Assembly (NCBI RefSeq): GCF_000196355.1
Contig: NC_007614.1
Coordinates: forward strand, 2,310,001 to 2,342,000
Length of the DNA: 32,000 bases
Reading direction: 5' to 3'
Source: Nitrosospira multiformis ATCC 25196
GTDB lineage: Bacteria > Pseudomonadota > Gammaproteobacteria > Burkholderiales > Nitrosomonadaceae
Positions 19,677-28,416 of the stretch are shown piece by piece (positions within the stretch are counted from its first letter, which is position 1; every line of letters starts with the position of its first letter). Made by a program: the position numbers and the translations under genes. The notes under the pieces are model-generated. The model did no database searches, was not told where the DNA came from, and saw only the letters and a program-made list of their open reading frames with translations.

Positions 19677-19766
19677 CTTCTCGTTTTCAGTTTTGAGAGT
19701 TACCCACCCCCTTTCGCCCCTCTTGCCTTACTCACTCGGCCGGGGCTTCGGGCGTGGATAACTCTC
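19677..19766. repeat. Dispersed palindromic element, intact copy B
   Basis: Core 19695-19766 bounded by GAGAGTTACCCAC and GTGGATAACTCTC (12/13 complementary); matches the split copy at 8052-9344. Confidence 0.88.
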
Positions 19767-20517
19767 CAGTTTTGATCAGGAATAGCTCCCAAGTATTAAG
19801 GCCACTCTTTTATCCCCCGCTTCATTTATTCCTTACTCGACCGATTGACTGTTAAGCTCCCAGGAATTTAAAACTGAAACTCGATCAGGGCTCAGACCAG
19901 CGAGCATCAGGATAAGGTCTCGGAGCACATCAACCCCAACCAGGGGATAGTTGGATCACTAAATCACGATCGATGAAAAATCTACCGCCTCATTCCTGGC
20001 TCCTTGCCTTCCTTATAATGAGAAAAGGCCAATAGCACGAATTCCCTAATTCGCTGCTGCAACTGATCGTCGTTGCGCCTGACGGTATATCCGTATTTCC
20101 CTCTACTACGCTGCTACAGCACGGATTGGCAAGCCTGCGGGCATCAGTGCCACTGGAAAAACGTGTACCAAAGTACAGTTAATTCCTTCCTGCCCAATGC
20201 TTAGAATGCGCCTGAGTAAAGTTATCCCTGGCCTATCTTTCAGAAGATCCAATGAATAGATCGGCTAGAACAAGGAGAAGACCATCGGTCGCCTATGAAA
20301 CAGATAGAGGTCAACTCCCTTTTCAAAACATAAATTCCGGAAGGAGAAGGCTCGATACTTAACGGTATTCAATAGAGATAACTCTGCCTACACGATGGCT
20401 GCAGGGGTTTCTATATGAAGTAGGCAAGGAAGTCGTAGGGTAGGTGTGAGTGAAATGGCACTTTAAAAGCACCTGCTATCTTCTTTGCTCAAGCCGCACG
20501 CCTGTTTTACCATACAA

Positions 20518-21285
20518 ATGTCTACTTTCCACCCGCACCCTCCCACCCAAAACCGCCTCCTGGCCGCTCTGCCGCCAATTGAGCTTGACGATCTGGCACC
20601 GCATCTTGAATTGGTTCATCTGCTGCCCGGTGATGTTCTCTGCAAAGCGGGGAAGCAGCTTTCCTATGCCTACTTTCCCACTTCTTCCGTCATTTCCATC
20701 CATTGCCTCCTGGAAAATGGGACATTGTCGGAGCTTACAAGCGTAGGGAGAGAAGGCATGCTCGGCGTCTCGCTGTTCATGGGAGGCGAAGATACCCAGA
20801 GCTCGGCCACAGTGCAAAGCGCTGGCTACGGCTACCGGCTGAACGCCGCATTTTTGCTGCAGGAATTCAATGAGGGGGGAATGCTACAACGCCTGTTGTT
20901 GCGCTACAGCCATGCGCTTGTCACGGAAGCTGCCCAGAATGTGATATGCAGCAGATATCATACAGCACAGCAGCGGCTATGCCGCTGGTTGATGTCCACA
21001 TGGGATAGACTTGGCTCCCAGGAGCTTGTCCTGACCCAGGAATCAATCGCCAGCATTCTGGGCATTCGACGCGAGAGCGTTACAGCAATTGCAAGAAGGC
21101 TGCAGGAAGCTGGAACGATTTGCTACCGCCGTGGCCGCATCATGGTTAATGACCAGGCCGCTCTCCAAAGGGAGTCTTGCGAGTGTTATGACATCATCAA
21201 GAAGGAATTTGACGGGGTGTTTGATGATGTGAGGGTATGTGAGAAGGCAAGGCAAAACAGCATAAATGCGGCAAATGCGCTTTAA
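20518..21285 (+). CDS. Crp/Fnr family transcriptional regulator
   Basis: cNMP-binding fold (LELVHLLPGDVLCKAGKQLSYAYFPTSSVISI) and HTH (LTQESIASILGIRRESVTAIARRLQEAGTICYRRGRIMV). Confidence 0.93.
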   Translation: MSTFHPHPPTQNRLLAALPPIELDDLAPHLELVHLLPGDVLCKAGKQLSYAYFPTSSVISIHCLLENGTLSELTSVGREGMLGVSLFMGGEDTQSSATVQSAGYGYRLNAAFLLQEFNEGGMLQRLLLRYSHALVTEAAQNVICSRYHTAQQRLCRWLMSTWDRLGSQELVLTQESIASILGIRRESVTAIARRLQEAGTICYRRGRIMVNDQAALQRESCECYDIIKKEFDGVFDDVRVCEKARQNSINAANAL

Positions 21286-21467
21286 ATCAGTTTTCCGGCA
21301 TTCCCGTTCTCAAACCCGCTTCAGGTTTTTTTTGTTTATTGACCCAGTCTTTAAGGCCTGACCCTTCCTCTACTTTCAACCGCTTTAAGCTGTTTATGTG
21401 AACGAGCGAACAGAACAGTTAAGGAAGTATTAATAAAATTTTGACTAATAGCAGCTCTGTCTCCATT

Positions 21468-21938
21468 GCGATGGGTAACATGAATCCGTCCCTTTCCGGG
21501 CACAAGGTATTGGTTGTAGACGATGAGGAAGAGATACTGGTTATCACCAGGCTGATGCTGGAGTTACACGGCGCTGAAGTGATTACTTCTCTTACTGCTG
21601 CTAAAGGGTTGGAACAGGTGCAGATACAAAGGCTCGATCTCATCATAAGCGACATCAGCATGCCTCACATGGACGGCTACCAGTTCATTCAGGCCGTGCG
21701 GAACCTCCCCGCCCGTAAAGGGAAAAACACTCCGGCCCTGGCCCTTACCGCTTTCAGCCGATCCCAGGATCGGGAAAGAGCTCTCAATGCCGGTTTCCAG
21801 GCGCATCTTTCCAAACCCGTCTCACTTCAAGTATTAATTGAGACTGTGACGCGCGTTACAAATCTGCCCACTCACTCAGCTCACTGGGGAAGACCCATTT
21901 CCTCTCCTTCTCAAGCCCGATTCGGTAGCTTGCCCTGA
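21468..21938 (+). CDS. Single-domain response regulator
   Basis: KVLVVDDEEEILVITRLMLELHGAEVITSLTAAKGLEQVQIQRLDLIISDISMPHMDGYQFIQAVR...ALTAFSR...GFQAHLSKPVSLQVLIETV. Confidence 0.93.
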   Translation, partial: AMGNMNPSLSGHKVLVVDDEEEILVITRLMLELHGAEVITSLTAAKGLEQVQIQRLDLIISDISMPHMDGYQFIQAVRNLPARKGKNTPALALTAFSRSQDRERALNAGFQAHLSKPVSLQVLIETVTRVTNLPTHSAHWGRPISSPSQARFGSLP

Positions 21939-22230
21939 TTTTTCTACTTTAATGCGTTTTATATTAGACTGGGGAGAGTACTAACTCCCGAGTAGAGCCG
22001 TTACCACCGTCCGTTTATTTTCCGGGCGCTGATGCGCTAGATTCTCCCTGAAACGTATGCTTTGATGCTGGGTAGAAGGAGAGGCTGAGGGAAAGCAATT
22101 TATTGAAAAGCTCCATTTAGTAAGACTGGCGTAAGCCAACTTACTGTGCTGGTGTAGCACGGTCCAAGTTCCAATACCCCCGGGAGCTTGAGGAAAGCAG
22201 AGACTTTCACCGCATGAGCTTGATTAAATT

Positions 22231-22246
22231 TTTCGCATTTGCGAAA
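22231..22246. repeat. Palindromic motif copy 1
   Basis: TTTCGCAttTGCGAAA followed by ATCC; related to 26830-26845. Confidence 0.6.
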
Positions 22247-22454
22247 ATCCACGCCGCAAAGCCCCGACCTAAATGAGCCATCGGTGACAAAGCACAATTC
22301 TGCAAGAGATCAAGGAAGTTTCCCGCCTTTCCGCCATATCATCCGTTAGTGCAATCGTAATAAGCATTCTGTAAGGGTAGCCTGTTGATGCCTGTTTGAA
22401 GGCCATCGACTCGTTGCCTCACGCCCCACTTCACCCCAAAGGAAAATTTAGTTA

Positions 22455-22547
22455 ATGAAGCAGGCTATTGTCCTTACTATTGTTTCCATATTGGTTACCG
22501 GGATTGTCGTATGGGGAATTTCGATCCTGTATAAGGGCTTCTTTTAG
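22455..22547 (+). CDS. Candidate 30-aa single-transmembrane small protein
   Basis: MKQAIVLTIVSILVTGIVVWGISILYKGFF-stop, preceded by an AAAGGAAAA Shine-Dalgarno-like sequence; below the ORF track length cutoff. Confidence 0.5.
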   Translation: MKQAIVLTIVSILVTGIVVWGISILYKGFF

Positions 22548-22761
22548 CCTTCTCACGAATCTTCCCAACATGGGGTAGAGTAGAGTGGATCATTAGTCGG
22601 GAGTGGAACGGCATGCGTACCAGTAATGTTCGAATGCCTTGGTGATACTGGTCCGGGCAAAGGATTTGAAAAAAAGGAAGGGTCGCACTCCAGACACAGC
22701 GGAGCGCAAAAGCAATCCGCTCAGGAAGTATCGGTTCACGGCTGCATGCAGAAATAAAAAG

Positions 22762-23469
22762 CTATTCTTTACGTCTGCGCGTCAAGCCGATACCAGTTAG
22801 TCCCAAACCCAGCAATGCCAGGGTCGCTGGTTCCGGAACATTGGCCACTTGATTCGGATCCTCCTGCGGAGGAGTGCTGCCTTCGCCGCCAATGTACTTC
22901 AAGGCACCTCCTCCCGATCCCTGGATATGCACCATTGCGAGCGAAGCGGGTTTATCGCCCCCACCATTAGCATTAACCAGAACAGCAAAATCGCTAACCC
23001 GAACAACTGACACACCATCTGCAGCACTGACTGTCCACGTACTGTATTCACCGTCGACAAACCGAAGCGAAGGATTCCTATTGCTCGTAGGATATTTCAG
23101 TTCAAAGTAAAAATCGTAGCCTGCGTCTTTCCCCGGCGGGTTTATTCCGAAATCAGCGCTGCTTACCAGTTGCGTTCCCCCGAAGTTCCCGAATGAGCTG
23201 CTGTTAAGCAGAGGGACTCCATCGTAGGAAAATAAAAGCTTGGAAATAAATGCCTCATCTCCAATAGCGCCGAGATCACCCACCGAATTCTGGAAGTTGA
23301 AATCCACACTATTTCCGTTCTGGGTCAGAGTCAGCGTAGCGACTGTTACGCTGCTGCCAATGGGGTTACCGGTGAGGTGTGTACTTATGTCGATGATGAG
23401 GGCGGAAGCTGATAGTGGTGCTGTCACCAATAAAGTGCCAGTGAGCGCTCCTGCAATAAGTTTGTTCAT
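22762..23469 (-). CDS. PEP-CTERM sorting domain protein, paralogue of 11684-12382
   Basis: MNKLIAGALTGTLLVTAPLSASA...NVPEPATLALLGLGLTGIGLTRRRKE; colinear high similarity to the 11684 gene. Track start at 23556 is likely too early. Confidence 0.94.
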   Translation of the reverse strand: MNKLIAGALTGTLLVTAPLSASALIIDISTHLTGNPIGSSVTVATLTLTQNGNSVDFNFQNSVGDLGAIGDEAFISKLLFSYDGVPLLNSSSFGNFGGTQLVSSADFGINPPGKDAGYDFYFELKYPTSNRNPSLRFVDGEYSTWTVSAADGVSVVRVSDFAVLVNANGGGDKPASLAMVHIQGSGGGALKYIGGEGSTPPQEDPNQVANVPEPATLALLGLGLTGIGLTRRRKE

Positions 23470-23530
23470 GTTTCCCCCTTGTTTTTGATATTTGTTTCCA
23501 TTCATCATGGATCCCACATTCGAAAGATAT

Positions 23531-23547
23531 AAGCACGAATCGTACCC
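23531..23547 (-). promoter_or_regulatory. Weak sigma54-like (-24/-12) site
   Basis: Minus strand GGGTACGATTCGTGCTT, 13/17 identical to TGGCACGTTTCATGCTT at 11600-11616, same GG-N10-GC spacing. Confidence 0.45.
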
Positions 23548-23724
23548 AATGTACATCTATTTAATTTAAAGGGATAAATTTCATCTCAGGCTATTTAATG
23601 TAAGAATTACCGACATTCCTAAAGCCTGAAGCGCTCACAGTCTCTTTAAGTATGAGTGTGAAATACCGAACAGCATGAGCCACCGCTTGGTATTACCCTA
23701 ATCTCCAATGTGTAATGCAATGCC

Positions 23725-25062
23725 GTGGTTACTGAACAGAATAGTTGCAGGCAACTTTTCCCGATGATAGCGCCCTCACGCAATTTATTACTCTGCAATA
23801 AAGGAAAGACCGAATTGAACCATTCGTTCTCCATGCTGCAAGCCATCGTAGAATCGACGCCCTATGGGCTTCTGGTGACCAACAAGCACGGGCACTTGCT
23901 TTGCTATAACCAGCCCTATATGGATATGTGGCGCATTCCCCCTGAGGTCATGGTCAATGCGAGACACCAGATAATTTTCGGGCATTACTCCAGTCAATTA
24001 AGAGATCCACAACAATTCCTTCACTCAACCGAGGTAATTTATGGCACGTGGTTGCCCGAAAGTTTCGACATCCTCGAATTCCTCGATGGGCGGGCATTCG
24101 AACGCCATACAAAAGCCACGACCTTGGAAGGGCCAAACATGGTGCGTGTTTGGAGCTTCAAGGACATCACTGAACGCAGGCAGGCGGAGGCCTATAAAGC
24201 GCAGTTGGCCGCAATGGTCGAGTCCTCGGACGATGCAATCATTGTCAAGGACCTGAACGCCATTATCACAAGCTGGAATGCCGGGGCGGAACGGATTTTC
24301 GGGTACCAGGCAAGCGAAATAACAGGCTCTTCCATACTGGCCTTAATTCCCCCGGAGCGTCATGAAGAAGAGAAGGGGATCATGAGCCTCGTCAAGAGCG
24401 GGAACCGCGTGGACCATTTTGAAACCATGTGGTGGGGAAAGGGCAAGAAACCGATTGATGTCTCGGTCACGACATCGGCAGTGAAGGATAGTGACGGCAA
24501 TATTGTGGGCATATCACAGATTGCGCGGGATATCACCAAGCGCAAGGAATCACAGAAACGCATCGAGTATCTTGCCCATTACGATCCGCTAACCGGGCTG
24601 CCCAATCGCGCGTTGCTCGCAGACAGAATGAAAACTGCCATCGAGAATGCCAAGCGTTATTCCTTCCAGTTGGCAGTCCTGTTTGTGGACCTTGACCACT
24701 TCAAGCTAATCAATGATTCGCTTGGTCATGAAATCGGTGACAAGCTGCTCAAGATCGTAGCCGAGCGCATGCGATCCAGGCTGCGTCAAACCGATACCGT
24801 CAGCCGGCTGGGAGGTGACGAATTTATTATCCTGCTGAGCCGGATTAATGCAGCATCCGATGCCGCTTGCGTCGCCGAGAAAATTATTGCAGCACTATCC
24901 CAGCCCTACCACCTTGAACAGCATGAGTTGGGGCTGGGCGCGAGCATCGGGATCAGCATTTATCCGGACAGCGGCAAGGATACCAGCAGCTTGTTGCGCA
25001 GTGCCGATGAAGCGATGTACTCTGCCAAAGGACAGGGTAGGAACCGCTATCATGGTCCGTAG
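23725..25062 (+). CDS. PAS-domain diguanylate cyclase (PAS-PAS-GGDEF)
   Basis: PAS regions (YGLLVTNKHGHLLCYN..., DDAIIVKDLNAIITSWNAGAERIFGY...GISQIARDIT) and GGDEF domain (DPLTGLPNRALLADR...SRLGGDEFIILLSR...ADEAMYSAKGQGRNRY). No EAL domain. Confidence 0.95.
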   Translation: MVTEQNSCRQLFPMIAPSRNLLLCNKGKTELNHSFSMLQAIVESTPYGLLVTNKHGHLLCYNQPYMDMWRIPPEVMVNARHQIIFGHYSSQLRDPQQFLHSTEVIYGTWLPESFDILEFLDGRAFERHTKATTLEGPNMVRVWSFKDITERRQAEAYKAQLAAMVESSDDAIIVKDLNAIITSWNAGAERIFGYQASEITGSSILALIPPERHEEEKGIMSLVKSGNRVDHFETMWWGKGKKPIDVSVTTSAVKDSDGNIVGISQIARDITKRKESQKRIEYLAHYDPLTGLPNRALLADRMKTAIENAKRYSFQLAVLFVDLDHFKLINDSLGHEIGDKLLKIVAERMRSRLRQTDTVSRLGGDEFIILLSRINAASDAACVAEKIIAALSQPYHLEQHELGLGASIGISIYPDSGKDTSSLLRSADEAMYSAKGQGRNRYHGP

Positions 25063-25144
25063 CGCCAGTGATTGAACAAGGACCTGGCCGACTGAATAGA
25101 CGATTCGACGAAATTGGTAAAACAGTCGCGCCTCAGGTCCTGAC

Positions 25145-25556
25145 ACCTCAAAGAATGTTTTCATTCAGCCCAATCCCTTTCCGCAGCCAAGCCCCTCAGT
25201 ACGATAGCAGCATCGTCATCCCCCTGCCCAATGCGAGCGCGGATACGCGCCTGCTGGTGCGCGCCGCCCTGTGAAAATCTATCGAGGGTTTTGCCTACAA
25301 GAAAGCCGGCGTGATGCTGATGGGCATAAATGATGCGCAAATCATTCAAGAATCGTTACTGCACGAGCATGGTGCGGGCGAGCGATCGCAACGTTTGATG
25401 AAGGCCATGGATGCTCTCAATTTACGCTATGGACGCAATACCGTTTCCGTTTTTACTCCTGCATCTCCCAAGTCCTGGGCCATGGGCCGGGAAGCGATGT
25501 CGCCCTGCTATACCACGCGCTGGAGTGATGTGCCAGTAGCGCACGCACGCTGACAG
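25145..25556 (+). pseudogene. UmuC-like (Y-family DNA polymerase V subunit) C-terminal fragment, frameshifted
   Basis: MFSFSPIPFRSQAPQYDSSIVIPLPNASADTRLLVRAAL-stop / KIYRGFAYKKAGVMLMGI...RSQRLMKAMDALNLRYGRNTVSVF...KSWAMGREAMSPCYTTRWSDVPVAHA. Confidence 0.8.
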
Positions 25557-25621
25557 TCTTGTTTTCGTGGATGTGAAACAGGACGGGGGCCAGCCGAAGA
25601 TACTGACCCCCTGTAATACAG

Positions 25622-26443
25622 TTATTTCAACTTTCTCATTTCCTCAGCCAGTACCCATAAGGCGCGGTTAAGCTTCACATTTTGATCGATGCCGGTCACA
25701 GCGCGGGTGGTCATGGAGCGCCCAGATTTGTTCCTCCCTCGTAGACCGCCCTTGATCATATTTTCCTGAACACGGCTGAAGGTCGTCCACATGTCGCTTG
25801 CGCGATCGGAGAAACGCCTTGGCGTCAGTAAATCCCGCTCCGTAATTGGCACTGGTTTTTCCGAATCTTCATATTTGAGGGTCAAGGCGGCTCGTGCGAA
25901 AGCCGCTTGTTCGCCTTTATTCAAGGTGAGCGATTTCATCTCTTCGAGCTGCTCATCGACTGTCTCAAAGCTCTCCAGCACACTATATGCGCCATCAATG
26001 ATGGTGTTCACGGCATCGCCGTTATGCCGCACCCGCACATCATGCAAGGTGTCTCCACAGACCATTCCATTGGCGCACACGAACCGGAACATTCCGGCCA
26101 TCATCTGGCAGGAACTGCTGCCGTCATGGCTGTTGAGCAGGATGATCTCGTTTGCTTCCTCGCCATTGATCTGGCTTGCATGGCGCAAACGAAGCATATG
26201 CCTGGTGTATTCCCGCTTCCCTTCGTCCCGCACGCGCGCCTGGCAAACCATGAAAGGCTCGAATCCTTCATGGCGCAGGCCTCGCAGGATTTCCCTGGTA
26301 GGAATGTAGGCGTACCGGTGAGAACGGCTGTGATGCTTGCCCTGGGCAAAGATTGAGGGTGCAACCCACGCTATCTGTTCATCGGACAGCGGACGTTCGG
26401 AACGGAAAACTGCAGGGGTATGGAAAGTGCTAGCGAGTGTCAT
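25622..26443 (-). CDS. DUF932 domain protein (plasmid/integrative-element type)
   Basis: RSERPLSDEQIAWVAPSIFAQGKHHSRSHRYAYIPTREILRGLRHEGFEPFMVCQARVRDEGKREYTRHMLRLR...EIILLNSHDGSSSCQMMAGMFRFVCANGMVCG, a recognisable DUF932 pattern. Confidence 0.88.
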   Translation of the reverse strand: MTLASTFHTPAVFRSERPLSDEQIAWVAPSIFAQGKHHSRSHRYAYIPTREILRGLRHEGFEPFMVCQARVRDEGKREYTRHMLRLRHASQINGEEANEIILLNSHDGSSSCQMMAGMFRFVCANGMVCGDTLHDVRVRHNGDAVNTIIDGAYSVLESFETVDEQLEEMKSLTLNKGEQAAFARAALTLKYEDSEKPVPITERDLLTPRRFSDRASDMWTTFSRVQENMIKGGLRGRNKSGRSMTTRAVTGIDQNVKLNRALWVLAEEMRKLK

Positions 26444-26520
26444 GATTGCCTCCTTGAAGAGATGGTTGATGAAGGAGAAGTTGTGAAAATCACATCCTCT
26501 CATTCGGACTCTCCTCGCCT

Positions 26521-26701
26521 CGCCCCTGGGGGCGACGGGAGTGGGGAGACAGCCCTTGCCCTCACGGGCAAGGGTTGGGAATGGGTGGGGTAAAAGCCAG
26601 GCAAATAGCGGGACTAAAGCTTCCCGCGTATTCGTTTATCCCCCCACAAGTCCCCCTCACAGAATGTTGGGGGGCGTTGTGGGGGGATTGGTGCGGGAAG
26701 C
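26521..26701. repeat. Cluster of hairpins upstream of the DUF932 gene
   Basis: CGCCCCtgGGGGCG (26521-26534); CCCTTGCCCtcacGGGCAAGGG (26553-26574); nested GCTTCCCGC...GCGGGAAGC (26619-26627/26693-26701) enclosing TCCCCCCACAA...TTGTGGGGGGA (26639-26649/26677-26687). Confidence 0.88.
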
Positions 26702-26829
26702 ATTGGGCGTGCCGGCGAGGCTGGAATTCAAGTGCGCCGCGACCGCAAGGCTTTGCGGATCACAGGCCGTGACAGAAAAGCAAAGCGGCTGGCAGGGCCT
26801 GTGACAAGCGGCAAACGAGAAATGGGAAA

Positions 26830-26845
26830 GTTTCGCACGTGCGAA
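26830..26845. repeat. Palindromic motif copy 2
   Basis: Perfect 16-bp palindrome TTTCGCACGTGCGAAA followed by ATCC. Confidence 0.75.
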
Positions 26846-27094
26846 AATCCCAACGGACGACGAAGAATAACAGAAATCTACCCAGGAACTCTTGCAAAAA
26901 AGTCTCGAACCGGGAATAAGTGCGACTAATGTGGCACTCATTTTAGATAAATCTTTTTTAAGCGTTTTAACAGGCTCAAAGAATCCAGCAGGCCCATCTT
27001 TCGCTCCAGAATCGCCTCTTGAGCCTTAGCCAACGGTCAACGCGCGTAATTGACGCTGATATCCTTAACGTGCTTTAAAGTGCGAATCGTGTCT

Positions 27095-27718
27095 TTACCT
27101 CTTTCTGACACGTGGACCAGGATCGAATTCCACGCCGATCCGGTATTTCTCGACGAAGCCTGGCCACTCCACATGCTCGGGCAGATCGATGTCGTCGACC
27201 ACCTTGACCTTGCCCTGTGCCCGCTCGAACAATGCGATGCTGGTAGAGGGAAAGTTGTTGCGCGACGGATAGAGTACCCCGTCGAACAGCGGCACGTGAT
27301 CGGCATCCAACATCGCATGCACCCGAGCGGAAACCTGCTGCGTGTGCGTGTAGTCACGGCTGGCCAATTGCTCCAAGGTCAAACCAAAGTAGCCTGCCAT
27401 GACGCCTGCGGCTGTGAGGTCCGCCAATTGCAGAGCGTCCACTACACCGACCGCGCGTACCAGCCGGCTCTGGACTTCAGTCAACGTAATCGAGCGTTTG
27501 GTGTCCTGGCCCCACTGGTGTTTGTGAAACACCGACTCCATTAATGCCGTGGGTAGATCGGGGCCAAGGTAGAGCACACCATAGTTCCTGGCCGGATCGT
27601 CATAGCGGTTCGTGCCATCGTGGCCGTAGTACAGCGGCGTACCGCGGTAGGCAACTCGGCTCACATGCTGAAGTAACTCACGTGAGTCGATGCGCAGCGT
27701 GGGAAGCTCGATGCCCAT
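27095..27718 (-). CDS. RES-domain toxin (NAD+-targeting family)
   Basis: VSRVAYRGTPLYYGHDGTNRYDDPARNYGVLYLGPDLPTALMESVFHKH...DGVLYPSRNNFPSTSIALFER, R/Y/E/S-type RES signature; 12 nt after the antitoxin gene. Confidence 0.9.
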   Translation of the reverse strand: MGIELPTLRIDSRELLQHVSRVAYRGTPLYYGHDGTNRYDDPARNYGVLYLGPDLPTALMESVFHKHQWGQDTKRSITLTEVQSRLVRAVGVVDALQLADLTAAGVMAGYFGLTLEQLASRDYTHTQQVSARVHAMLDADHVPLFDGVLYPSRNNFPSTSIALFERAQGKVKVVDDIDLPEHVEWPGFVEKYRIGVEFDPGPRVRKR

Positions 27719-27730
27719 GCCAGCCTTCCG

Positions 27731-28357
27731 TCAATGCACGCCAAGCACATTGAAGACCGCTTTTGCCACTGCATTGACCGAATCGGCAGTCACCACCTCC
27801 ACCGGCGAACGCCCGGCCAATCCTTCGAGCGGTTCGGACAGGGCGCGGTACAGCGTCCAGGCATCAACATCGAGCGCAGCCTGTAGCACGATCTGGGTCA
27901 GTTGCTGTTTCACCGGATCGAGCTGCCAGTCGGGCAACCTCTGGCCCCGCGGCCCCACGTTCAGCGCCAACAGCCGGCGCGCTTCGATGTCCTTGTAGAT
28001 CTGCTGGCGCGACTTGTTCGCCAGCCGGGCAAAGTCTGGTAGCGGCAGGTTATGCGACTGCTCGAAAGCCTCCAACAACAGGGCACGACCGCGCTGGATG
28101 TCAGTCTGGCTCGGTACCCAGCTGATGTCGGCACGCAACGCTGCAGCCTTCCTGGCCAAGGTCTGCTCCACCGGCTCCACTTCGATTTCCATGGACGATG
28201 GGAGTTCGATCGATTCAAGGCGTTCCTGCATGAACGCTTCCAGTTCGGCTGCAAAGGCCTGAGCATTCCGAATCTCGACAGTATTGGAGAAACGGCGTAC
28301 TTCATCCAAGGTCACCCTTGGCAGGTGGTTGGCAATGAATTCCAAGGTCTTGGGCAT
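27731..28357 (-). CDS. RES-associated antitoxin, HTH plus DUF2384/MbcA-like C-terminal region
   Basis: LPDFARLANKSRQQIYKDIEARRLLALNVGPRGQRLPDWQLDPVKQQLTQIVLQAALDVDAWTLYRALSEPLEGLAGRSPVEVVTADSVNAVAKAVFNVLG; immediately upstream of the RES gene. Confidence 0.85.
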   Translation of the reverse strand: MPKTLEFIANHLPRVTLDEVRRFSNTVEIRNAQAFAAELEAFMQERLESIELPSSMEIEVEPVEQTLARKAAALRADISWVPSQTDIQRGRALLLEAFEQSHNLPLPDFARLANKSRQQIYKDIEARRLLALNVGPRGQRLPDWQLDPVKQQLTQIVLQAALDVDAWTLYRALSEPLEGLAGRSPVEVVTADSVNAVAKAVFNVLGVH

Positions 28358-28379
28358 GGATAGCTCCCGTTAACAGATG

Positions 28380-28405
28380 GAGACAAATCTAGTCGCCTTT
28401 GTCTC
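28380..28405. promoter_or_regulatory. Inverted repeat between divergent toxin-antitoxin genes
   Basis: GAGACAAA-tctagtcgcc-TTTGTCTC, followed by another TTTTGTC half-site. Confidence 0.6.
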
Positions 28406-28416
28406 TTTTGTCAACT

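Noticed and set aside
27050-27544. 164-aa plus-strand ORF
   Set aside because: Antisense to the RES toxin, which has a clear family signature.
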